From Rikenellaceae bacterium DTU002 (GTDB lineage Bacteria; Bacteroidota; Bacteroidia; Bacteroidales; UBA932): a stretch of DNA of 64,000 nucleotides. The position numbers and the translations under genes were made by a program. The stretch is taken from assembly GCA_001512865.1 (NCBI GenBank), contig LFSY01000101.1, forward strand, positions 26,486 through 90,485, in the 5' to 3' direction. Positions 38,381 to 45,859 of this stretch are shown one piece after another; the first letter of the stretch is position 1; each line of letters begins with the position of its first letter. Below the pieces are notes generated by a model, which saw only the letters and a list, made by a program, of their open reading frames with translations, was not told where the DNA came from and did not search any database.

Positions 38381-38611
38381 ATGGAAACTATTGAAGAGCT
38401 GGAAAAATACGTAAAAACACCGGAAGGTTCGCACGACCAGAACGCCTGGTACAAACTGGGCGGGCTGTACCGTCAGCACGAAAAATGGGGTGATGCCCTG
38501 AACGCCTATGCCAAATGTATGGAACTGGGGGCCTCCAATGCTGCCCGTGAAGCGACCGAAGCCATTAAGCGCATTCTCGATTACAGGTACAAAGACTGGA
38601 CGAATCCCTGA
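38381..38611 (+). CDS. Small TPR-like protein (76 aa, function unknown)
   Basis: AWYKLGGLYRQHEKWGDALNAYAKCMELGASNAA looks like a single TPR unit. It starts 17 nt after rnfA on the same strand. Confidence 0.55.
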   Translation: METIEELEKYVKTPEGSHDQNAWYKLGGLYRQHEKWGDALNAYAKCMELGASNAAREATEAIKRILDYRYKDWTNP

Positions 38612-38615
38612 ACCT

Positions 38616-39482
38616 TCATTTCATCAGGATACTGAACCCGTGATCCATCAGGCGTGCCGCATCATGGTATCTTAACAGGGAGCTGGGTGCTTTCATCACG
38701 ACTGCAATAACCCGTTTGTCTGCCAGGCGGGCAGTGGCCGTGATACATAAACCGGCTGCAGACGTATAGCCTGTCTTGAATCCGTCACATCCGTTATAAT
38801 AATAAGATTGACCGGGCAACAACCCGTTGGTGGATTTATAGACAGTTCCCCTGAAATCGGTAGCTGTCAATGAGGTATATTCCAGGATAAGGGGAAATCT
38901 TTGAATGAATTCGCGCGTCAGGGCCGCCATGGACCTGGGTGTAATGTGGTTTTTGGCAGACAGCCCCGAGGCATCGTCATAACTGGCACTCAGTCCGAGC
39001 GAATCTGCATACCGGTTCATAATGACGGCAAAATCACGTTCGTTCCCTTTGGAAAGGTATTCGCCCAGTGCGACGGCGCATGCATTGGCCGAAACCACGC
39101 AAAGAGCACGTATCATTTCATCAACAGAATAAGTAAGTGTCTCGTTCAACGGGACATTAGATTCGCCCGGGTTGACAGAACGGCCTGCTGCATAGGGGCT
39201 TACGGGGATCTGAGAGTCCAGGGACAAATATCCCTTTTCAATATGATCAAAGACAATGTACATGGTCATTACCTTTGTCATGCTTGCCGGGACAAGCGGA
39301 TAATCCGGGCTTTCCGCATACAAGGAGGTTCCGCTGGCTGCGTCGATAACAATGGCTCCCTGGCAGCTCAGACCCAGGGATACGGGAGGATCGGTTCCGT
39401 GCCCGGGATCCGGCAATACCGGTTTTTCACAGGCAACAAAAACGAGCAGCAGCCATAAGGCCGTCAAACGTGACATTTTCAT
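38616..39482 (-). CDS. D-alanyl-D-alanine carboxypeptidase (peptidase S11, PBP5-like)
   Basis: SMTK (SxxK), SAN (SxN) and KTG motifs occur in the correct order, with a signal peptide. The ATG at 39482 (MKMSRL) is preferred because a -7 box lies 5 nt upstream. The track ORF starts at 39506. Confidence 0.85.
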   Translation of the reverse strand: MKMSRLTALWLLLVFVACEKPVLPDPGHGTDPPVSLGLSCQGAIVIDAASGTSLYAESPDYPLVPASMTKVMTMYIVFDHIEKGYLSLDSQIPVSPYAAGRSVNPGESNVPLNETLTYSVDEMIRALCVVSANACAVALGEYLSKGNERDFAVIMNRYADSLGLSASYDDASGLSAKNHITPRSMAALTREFIQRFPLILEYTSLTATDFRGTVYKSTNGLLPGQSYYYNGCDGFKTGYTSAAGLCITATARLADKRVIAVVMKAPSSLLRYHDAARLMDHGFSILMK

Positions 39483-39487
39483 GAGTT

Positions 39488-39495
39488 CAAAGGTA
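39488..39495 (-). promoter_or_regulatory. -7 promoter box (TACCTTTG on the minus strand) for the carboxypeptidase gene
   Basis: Exact TAnnTTTG match read on the minus strand, 5 nt from the ATG at 39482. Confidence 0.5.
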
Positions 39496-39508
39496 TGAAA
39501 TAACATGT

Positions 39509-39516
39509 TATCTTTG
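39509..39516 (+). promoter_or_regulatory. -7 promoter box (TATCTTTG) for the GH2 gene
   Basis: Exact TAnnTTTG match, 4 nt from the ATG at 39521. Confidence 0.55.
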
Positions 39517-39520
39517 AACT

Positions 39521-41842
39521 ATGAAAAAAATAGTATGGATCCTTCTTTTAGGGGTTATATCATGCAGTGAACCCTTGTTATACAAGGTAGAGGATATCAA
39601 TACCGGGTGGAAATTCCGGAAAGAAGAAACCGATGCCCGGTTTCAGGAAGTTTTTCTTCCGCACACACCGCAACTGGAACCTTACATTGTGAATGACCAG
39701 TGGCAGGGAATATGCTGGTACAGCAAGCAGGTTGATATTCCATCAGGCAAACATGTGCTGGTGCGCCTTGAAGGGGCCATGAACGTTGCCGAGGCGTGGG
39801 TCAACGGACATTATGCGGGAAAGCATATGGGGGGATTTCTTCCTTTTGTCATTGATCTCACAGCGGTAATGAGGGAAAACGGGGACCAGGCATCCCATGC
39901 TGAATTGAAAATCCGGCTGGACAACCTGGACAACCCGGTCACCGGACCCAAACCGTTGAAATTGCTTGATTTTAATATGTACGGAGGACTGTACAGGGAA
40001 GCACGCATGATGGTGTTGTCCCCGTTGCACATTACCGATCCGCTACTGGAAAACATACCTGCCGGAGGAGGTGTTCTGGTAACGTATCCCTCTGTATCCG
40101 CACAGGAAGCCCTTATGGATGTGCAAACCCATATCCGTTACGTCCCGCTGGACAACAAAGATCCCGACATGCAGATGTTTGCAGTACGTCAGCGATTGTA
40201 TGCGGGAGACAGTCTTTGTGCTTGTTCAGCCCGGGAATACACCCTGGGAAAAAATGAATCCCTTACGGCTGTGCATCAATTGGAAATTGACACTCCCGCC
40301 CTATGGAGTCCCGATGCTCCTTTTTGCTACGATCTGGTAACCGAACTGGTGAAAACGGGCAGGCGGGGAAAGGAAGTCGTTGTGGATTGCCGCAAAACAA
40401 CAGTCGGATTGAGAGAAATCGTTTTTCGGGGAAAGGAACTTCTCATCAACGGGAAACAGACGTTTCTCAGGGGAGTGAACCGTCACCAGGAGTATCCCTA
40501 TATAGGATATGCCCTTCCCCGCAATGCACAATGGCGTGATGCCGTTAAGATCAAAGAGGCCGGATTCGACATGGTCCGCCTGTCGCACTATCCGCATTCC
40601 CCCGAATTTATGGAAGCCTGTAACCGGCTGGGGTTGCTGGTGCTGGATGCCATTCCCGGATGGCAGTACTTTACGGAAGACCCGGCATTCCAGGCACAGG
40701 TCATACAAACGGCCCGCGACATGATACGGCGTGACCGGAACCATCCCTGTGTTCTGGCCTGGGAAGTTTCCCTGAACGAATCCTGGATGAGTGAAAATTT
40801 TATTGACAGGATCGTGGAAGCCTCGCGCAGCGAGATGCCGGGACCCATCCATACGGCAGGCTGGCAGGAGTACGGTTACGATATATATCTGCAGGCAAGG
40901 CAACACCGGATAGGGCACCCCCTCACAGAAAGCAAAAAGCCTTATATTGTTTCTGAATACGGAGATTGGGAATATTATGCCATGAATGCAGGTTTTTCCC
41001 AGGAAAACTGGGAAAACCTGAAACCGGCCGAGCGCTCCAGCAGGCAATTGAGGGAATACGGACAAAAACGTATGCTCCAGCAAGCCACCAACATTCAGGA
41101 GGCGCATAACAGCAATTATACGGTCGGGGCCTGTGCTGACAATTATTGGGTCATGTTCGATTACAACAGGGGTTATACCGATGATCTGGAAGCCTCGGGG
41201 ATCATGTCACTGGAAAGGCTCCCCAAGTTTTCCCGGCACTTTTTCAGTTCCCAGCGTTCTGCGGAAACGTCCCCTATGGTATTTATTGCGGATTATTGGG
41301 ACCGGACCGATACGACCGGTGTGGAGGTAAGGGTATTCAGCAATGCCGCCCGGGTGGACTTATGGCTGAACAGCAGCCTTGTGGACCAAAAAGGTCCGGA
41401 CAACAACGAATACTCCGGGAACCTGCCTCATCCTCCGTTTACTTTTACCGTACCGTATTTTGAGCCGGGAACGCTGGAAGCCGTGGCATACAGTACAGAC
41501 CTGGAGATTGCCCGGCATGCCGTAAGCACACCTGGAGAACCCGCAGGAGTCCGCTGGTGGACGGATATGGGGGAGATCCCCCTGGAACCCAATGATATTC
41601 TTTTTCTTTATGCACAGGCACATGACCGTGACGGAAATCCCGTTCCATCTGCCACGGGTCACGTATGCTTTACCGTTTCCGGACAGGGAGTACGCCTGGT
41701 TGGAGAAGGGCCTGACGGGGTGCCTGCGGAAGGAAACAGCTTCCTTGCCCCCCTTCGTGCCGGGGAGGCATTCGTCCTTTTGAGGGCCCTGCCGGACTGG
41801 GAGGGTACATTCCCCGATATTTCCGTAACTTTGAACCCATGA
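39521..41842 (+). CDS. Glycoside hydrolase family 2 protein (beta-galactosidase/glucuronidase-like)
   Basis: 773 aa with a signal peptide, a sugar-binding domain, a TIM-barrel region with VRLSHYPHSPEFMEACNRLGLLV and the acid/base region WEVSLNES, then C-terminal Ig-like domains. Specificity is not assignable. Confidence 0.85.
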   Translation: MKKIVWILLLGVISCSEPLLYKVEDINTGWKFRKEETDARFQEVFLPHTPQLEPYIVNDQWQGICWYSKQVDIPSGKHVLVRLEGAMNVAEAWVNGHYAGKHMGGFLPFVIDLTAVMRENGDQASHAELKIRLDNLDNPVTGPKPLKLLDFNMYGGLYREARMMVLSPLHITDPLLENIPAGGGVLVTYPSVSAQEALMDVQTHIRYVPLDNKDPDMQMFAVRQRLYAGDSLCACSAREYTLGKNESLTAVHQLEIDTPALWSPDAPFCYDLVTELVKTGRRGKEVVVDCRKTTVGLREIVFRGKELLINGKQTFLRGVNRHQEYPYIGYALPRNAQWRDAVKIKEAGFDMVRLSHYPHSPEFMEACNRLGLLVLDAIPGWQYFTEDPAFQAQVIQTARDMIRRDRNHPCVLAWEVSLNESWMSENFIDRIVEASRSEMPGPIHTAGWQEYGYDIYLQARQHRIGHPLTESKKPYIVSEYGDWEYYAMNAGFSQENWENLKPAERSSRQLREYGQKRMLQQATNIQEAHNSNYTVGACADNYWVMFDYNRGYTDDLEASGIMSLERLPKFSRHFFSSQRSAETSPMVFIADYWDRTDTTGVEVRVFSNAARVDLWLNSSLVDQKGPDNNEYSGNLPHPPFTFTVPYFEPGTLEAVAYSTDLEIARHAVSTPGEPAGVRWWTDMGEIPLEPNDILFLYAQAHDRDGNPVPSATGHVCFTVSGQGVRLVGEGPDGVPAEGNSFLAPLRAGEAFVLLRALPDWEGTFPDISVTLNP

Positions 41843-42360
41843 AAAATTTGATCAGAACATCTGTCCTGTTATTGATAGCCGGTTTACTGTCTTTTTCGTG
41901 TGAGAGTCCCGGCTATACGGCCACTTATTTTTTTGGATCACGCGCCGACATCACTTTCAGTGAAGTTACCGCATCCAATACCCCTTCCCTGAGAGAGCTT
42001 GCGGCCATGCTTTCCCAAAAGAGAAGTGAAATACAGAAAGACTTTCAGTTTGACTGGATGGTCACCGGTTCAGGCAGCAGTTACGAAGAGGCCATGAAGC
42101 ATGCCGTTGATCAGGCGATCGCAGGTTTTTCATCCAGTATCCTCAACTCCTTTGACCTGGAAATGCAAAGTTTCCGCAATGAGTTCGATGCAAGGAAACA
42201 GGAATTGTCCGCCACCCTTTCACAGGAGACGGGATCGGTTACTTTTACCGTAAATCTTCACCTGACCGGAGACAGTGAGGTAGTGGAAGAATATGAGATC
42301 CCGCTGGCCGTTTCGGCATCCTACAAATTCGAATGCAGGGGTAAGAACGACACGTACTAA
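41839..42360 (+). CDS. Hypothetical lipoprotein (173 aa)
   Basis: Signal peptide with the lipobox-like LLSFSC. The ATGA junction overlaps the GH2 stop. I recognise no family. Confidence 0.6.
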   Translation: MKNLIRTSVLLLIAGLLSFSCESPGYTATYFFGSRADITFSEVTASNTPSLRELAAMLSQKRSEIQKDFQFDWMVTGSGSSYEEAMKHAVDQAIAGFSSSILNSFDLEMQSFRNEFDARKQELSATLSQETGSVTFTVNLHLTGDSEVVEEYEIPLAVSASYKFECRGKNDTY

Positions 42361-43025
42361 AGAACCGGAAGAATACTGATGATACGGACGTCCTGAACGG
42401 GCCGGTCTGCAGGACCTGTCTGAACAGTGGCGATCTTGTCAATTATATCAAGCCCTTCGAGCACTTCCCCGAATACAGTATAATTCCCGTCCAGCTGGCG
42501 GCAGGCAGTTTCATTGTGAACAATGTAGAACTGCGAACCGGAAGAAGCTTTTTCAGGATTGACAGCATCCCCTGTCCTGGCGGCGGCAATCGCCCCTTTC
42601 TTATGCACCAGGGTGGGAACAAATTCAGCGGGAACCGTGTATCCCGGACCTCCCGATCCGAGCCGTTGTCCCTGTGCTGCAGTACGCGATTCGGGATCTC
42701 CGCACTGGATCATAAAACCGTTGATCACACGGTGGAACAGGATGTTGTCATAAAAACGTTCTGAAGCAAGTTTGACAAAATTGTCCCTGTGCAGGGGTGT
42801 CTCTCCGTAAAGCCGTATGATCATGGACCCTTCGGTGGTTTTCAATTCGAACACAGGGTTCTCAGGCAATGTCGCGGGGTCGAAAGCCGGTTGCGGGGCG
42901 GCTTGTATTGTTGTTTCACCGGCTGTGACTTCAGCCGCTTCCTTTGCCTTTTTTCCCGTATTGTTACAGGCTCCCAAGCTTAATGCACTCATACCGATCA
43001 GAATAAAGATAGTTGATTTTTTCAT
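42357..43025 (-). CDS. Cyclophilin-type peptidyl-prolyl isomerase, lipoprotein
   Basis: FHRVINGFMIQCGDP and SGSQFYIV are cyclophilin motifs. MKKSTIFILIGMSALSLGAC is a lipoprotein signal. The ATG at 43025 is preferred, because the 99-codon track extension has no support. Confidence 0.9.
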   Translation of the reverse strand: MKKSTIFILIGMSALSLGACNNTGKKAKEAAEVTAGETTIQAAPQPAFDPATLPENPVFELKTTEGSMIIRLYGETPLHRDNFVKLASERFYDNILFHRVINGFMIQCGDPESRTAAQGQRLGSGGPGYTVPAEFVPTLVHKKGAIAAARTGDAVNPEKASSGSQFYIVHNETACRQLDGNYTVFGEVLEGLDIIDKIATVQTGPADRPVQDVRIISILPVL

Positions 43026-43082
43026 ATTGCCGAACATGATTATTTCTAAGGTTTTCGGAAGACTAAGGTAGCGTTTTTTTTT

Positions 43083-43090
43083 TACATTTG
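43083..43090 (+). promoter_or_regulatory. -7 promoter box (TACATTTG) for dut-murF
   Basis: Exact TAnnTTTG match, 5 nt from the dut ATG at 43096. Confidence 0.55.
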
Positions 43091-43095
43091 CATTT

Positions 43096-43530
43096 ATGAA
43101 GATCAAGATCATCAACCGTTCTCCATACCCGCTGCCTGAATACGCGACACCACTTTCTGCCGGGATGGATTTACGGGCGGATATACCCGAAACTCTTACC
43201 ATGGAACCTTTGCAAAGGGCACTTGTCCCCACGGGACTGTTCATAGCCCTCCCCCCGGGATATGAAGCCCAGATCAGGCCGCGAAGCGGACTGGCTGCGA
43301 AAAAGGGCATCGGGATCCTCAACAGTCCGGGAACTATTGATGCCGATTACCGGGGTGAGATACGCATCATTCTGGTCAATCTTTCGTCACAGCCGGTAGA
43401 GATCGCTCCCGGGGAAAGGGTGGCGCAGATGGTGGTCGCTTCACACGGGCGTGTAGAATGGGAGCCGGCAGAAACACTGGACCTGACCGAACGCGGAGCA
43501 GGCGGGTTCGGTTCTACCGGCCGTAAATAA
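43096..43530 (+). CDS. dut: dUTP diphosphatase
   Basis: 144 aa. [33 protein letters not shown], and C-terminal [10 protein letters not shown] are the five dUTPase motifs. Confidence 0.96.
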   Translation: MKIKIINRSPYPLPEYATPLSAGMDLRADIPETLTMEPLQRALVPTGLFIALPPGYEAQIRPRSGLAAKKGIGILNSPGTIDADYRGEIRIILVNLSSQPVEIAPGERVAQMVVASHGRVEWEPAETLDLTERGAGGFGSTGRK

Positions 43531-43537
43531 TCCTTGC

Positions 43538-44827
43538 ATGATGAACCACCTCTATGACTTGTTTCTGAAACATCCCGACATCTGTACTGATACGCGGCAG
43601 ATCCGTCCGGGATGTCTTTTTTTTGCACTTAAAGGGGATCGTTTTGACGGCAATTTATTTGTGCCGGAGGCGCTGGAAAAAGGCGCCGCGTTTGCCGTTG
43701 CTGACAATTATCCGGGAACGGATCCCCGTTGCATACGGGTACCTGATGTGCTGAAGGCTTTGCAGGACCTGGCCGTTATCCACCGCAATCATTTTGCGGG
43801 ACCGGTTTTTGCGCTGACCGGTTCCAACGGAAAAACAACGACCAGGGAACTCATTGATGCGGTGTTGTCTGTCCGGTTCAGGGTTACGGCCACAAAAGGG
43901 AATCTGAACAACCACATAGGGGTTCCGCTGAGCATCCTGCAGATCGACAGGAATACACAGGCCGCCTTGTTTGAAATGGGAGCAAGCCATCCCGGGGAGA
44001 TTGCATTGCTTACCGGAATGGTCAGGCCCGGCGCCGGACTGATCACCAATGTGTCGGGAGCCCACCTGGAGGGTTTCAAAGATCTGGAGGGGGTGAAACG
44101 GTGCAAGGGAGCCCTGTACGATTACCTCGGCGCCCACGAAGGGACTGTTTTTGTTCATGCGGACGATCCGCTTTTGGCAGGAATGCTGAAAGAACGCGCG
44201 ATCAGGGAGCGGGTGATTCCTTACGGAATAAGCAGACAACCTGTACAGGCAGTCATGGAAGACGGATACCTGACACTTTTGCCGGAAGGGTATCCTCCCG
44301 TAAAAACGCATTTGGCCGGCCTCTACAATACACCCAACGTACTGGCAGCTTTAGCGGTGGGAGCGTATTTCGGAATTGCCCCCGAACAGGCGGCACAGGC
44401 CGTGAGTGCCTATGTGCCTGCCAACAGTCGTTCCCAGTGGATAAGGACCTCCCGGAATTCCCTGATTGCAGACGCCTACAATGCCAATCCCGTGAGTATG
44501 GCCCTGGCGCTGGAAAACCTTGCCTCTCTGAACGTCCCCTGCAAATGCGTTGTGTTGGGGGATATGCTGGAACTTGGAACGGCTTCCGATAAGGAACACC
44601 GCAACATTGTAGGCATGGTTGAAAAAATGGCCCCTGAACAGGTCTTCTGGGTAGGGCCCCTGTTTACGAAAGCTGTTCATCAGAGTCGCGCAAAAGGGAT
44701 CTGTTTCGGGAAAGTAGAAGACCTGATACGTCACCTGGAGATCCGCCCCCTGGAAGGAGCCACCGTGCTGATCAAAGGTTCTAACGGGATTCGCCTGAGA
44801 GAACTCATTGCATCCGGAGTGTGCTGA
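43538..44827 (+). CDS. murF: UDP-N-acetylmuramoyl-tripeptide--D-alanyl-D-alanine ligase
   Basis: 429 aa. TDTRQIRPGCLFFALKGDRFDG, P-loop LTGSNGKTTT, and DAYNANP are Mur ligase/MurF motifs. Confidence 0.92.
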   Translation: MMNHLYDLFLKHPDICTDTRQIRPGCLFFALKGDRFDGNLFVPEALEKGAAFAVADNYPGTDPRCIRVPDVLKALQDLAVIHRNHFAGPVFALTGSNGKTTTRELIDAVLSVRFRVTATKGNLNNHIGVPLSILQIDRNTQAALFEMGASHPGEIALLTGMVRPGAGLITNVSGAHLEGFKDLEGVKRCKGALYDYLGAHEGTVFVHADDPLLAGMLKERAIRERVIPYGISRQPVQAVMEDGYLTLLPEGYPPVKTHLAGLYNTPNVLAALAVGAYFGIAPEQAAQAVSAYVPANSRSQWIRTSRNSLIADAYNANPVSMALALENLASLNVPCKCVVLGDMLELGTASDKEHRNIVGMVEKMAPEQVFWVGPLFTKAVHQSRAKGICFGKVEDLIRHLEIRPLEGATVLIKGSNGIRLRELIASGVC

Positions 44828-45824
44828 AGGGGGTTCTTTTTAATGAGAGGAAAAAACGGACCACAATACTTCCCCGGTACATGACCCCGTCCAGGACCGG
44901 TTTTTTTTCTCTCCTGCCGCGAACCATCAGTTTGCGCATTTTCCAGAAATGCAGATGTGCCTTTGCCACGGAAAGGGCAAAATTCCATTTGCCCTGAAAA
45001 AGGTAGGCGATCCCTGAAAGATGGTCCATCATCAATCGAATGGCAAGAACGGGGAAACGCTCTGCATCTGACAGGTTTTTGTACATCATAAGCAGGTTGT
45101 TCCTGTAATTGAGGTACAATTTGTGCGGAGAATCGTTGGGCAGGGTCCCTCCTCCCACATGTAATATGGCAGAAGAGGGAACTACCTGTATGTCCCATCC
45201 GGCCCATCGTGAACGCCAGCAAAAGTCTATCTCTTCCATGTGTGCGAAAAAGTGGTCGTCAAAGCCGTTCAGGCCGTGAAAAAGATCCGCGCGGACCACC
45301 ATGCATGTTCCGCTTGCCCAGAAAACAGAAACGGTTTGGTCATACTGGCCGTGATCCTGTTCAATGGCCGTCAGGATGCGACCCCTGCAGAAAGGGAATC
45401 CGAAACGGTCAATGAAGCCGCCGCAGGCGCCGGCATATTCAAATTGATCGGGGTGTGCCCAGGAAAGGATCTTGGGCATACAGACACCGCAGCCGGGATT
45501 GAGGTCCATATGACCGGTAAGGGGAGGCAGCCAGCCCGGGGTTACTTCCACGTCTGAATTGAGCAGCACGTAATACTGAGCCTCTATCTGCCCGAGGGCC
45601 TTGTTGTAACCCCCGGTGTATCCCGTGTTCTTTTCAAATTGAAGAAGAGGAATGTCCGGAAAATGTTTTTTCATCCAGTCAACGGAATTGTCGGTGGAGC
45701 CGTTATCGGCAACGTAGATCCTTGCCCAGGGTTCGGGAGTTCTTTCTATGAGCAAGGTCAGGAACCGTTCCAGAAAATGTTGACCGTTCCAATTCAGGAT
45801 CACTATGGCCACCTTTGGCTTCAT
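44805..45824 (-). CDS. Family 2 glycosyltransferase
   Basis: MKPKVAIVILNWNG..., ADNGSTD, and LLNSDVEV (DxD-like) indicate a GT-A fold GT2. The ATG at 45824 is preferred because a -7 box lies 4 nt upstream. Confidence 0.85.
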   Translation of the reverse strand: MKPKVAIVILNWNGQHFLERFLTLLIERTPEPWARIYVADNGSTDNSVDWMKKHFPDIPLLQFEKNTGYTGGYNKALGQIEAQYYVLLNSDVEVTPGWLPPLTGHMDLNPGCGVCMPKILSWAHPDQFEYAGACGGFIDRFGFPFCRGRILTAIEQDHGQYDQTVSVFWASGTCMVVRADLFHGLNGFDDHFFAHMEEIDFCWRSRWAGWDIQVVPSSAILHVGGGTLPNDSPHKLYLNYRNNLLMMYKNLSDAERFPVLAIRLMMDHLSGIAYLFQGKWNFALSVAKAHLHFWKMRKLMVRGRREKKPVLDGVMYRGSIVVRFFLSLKRTPFSTLRMQ

Positions 45825-45828
45825 AAGA

Positions 45829-45836
45829 CAAATGTA
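45829..45836 (-). promoter_or_regulatory. -7 promoter box (TACATTTG on the minus strand) for the GT2 gene
   Basis: Exact TAnnTTTG match read on the minus strand, 4 nt from the ATG at 45824. Confidence 0.5.
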
Positions 45837-45847
45837 AGGGTTTTTCG

Positions 45848-45855
45848 TAAATTCG
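45848..45855 (+). promoter_or_regulatory. Near-consensus -7 box (TAAATTCG) for the U32 gene
   Basis: One mismatch to TAnnTTTG, 4 nt from the ATG at 45860. Confidence 0.35.
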
Positions 45856-45859
45856 CAGC

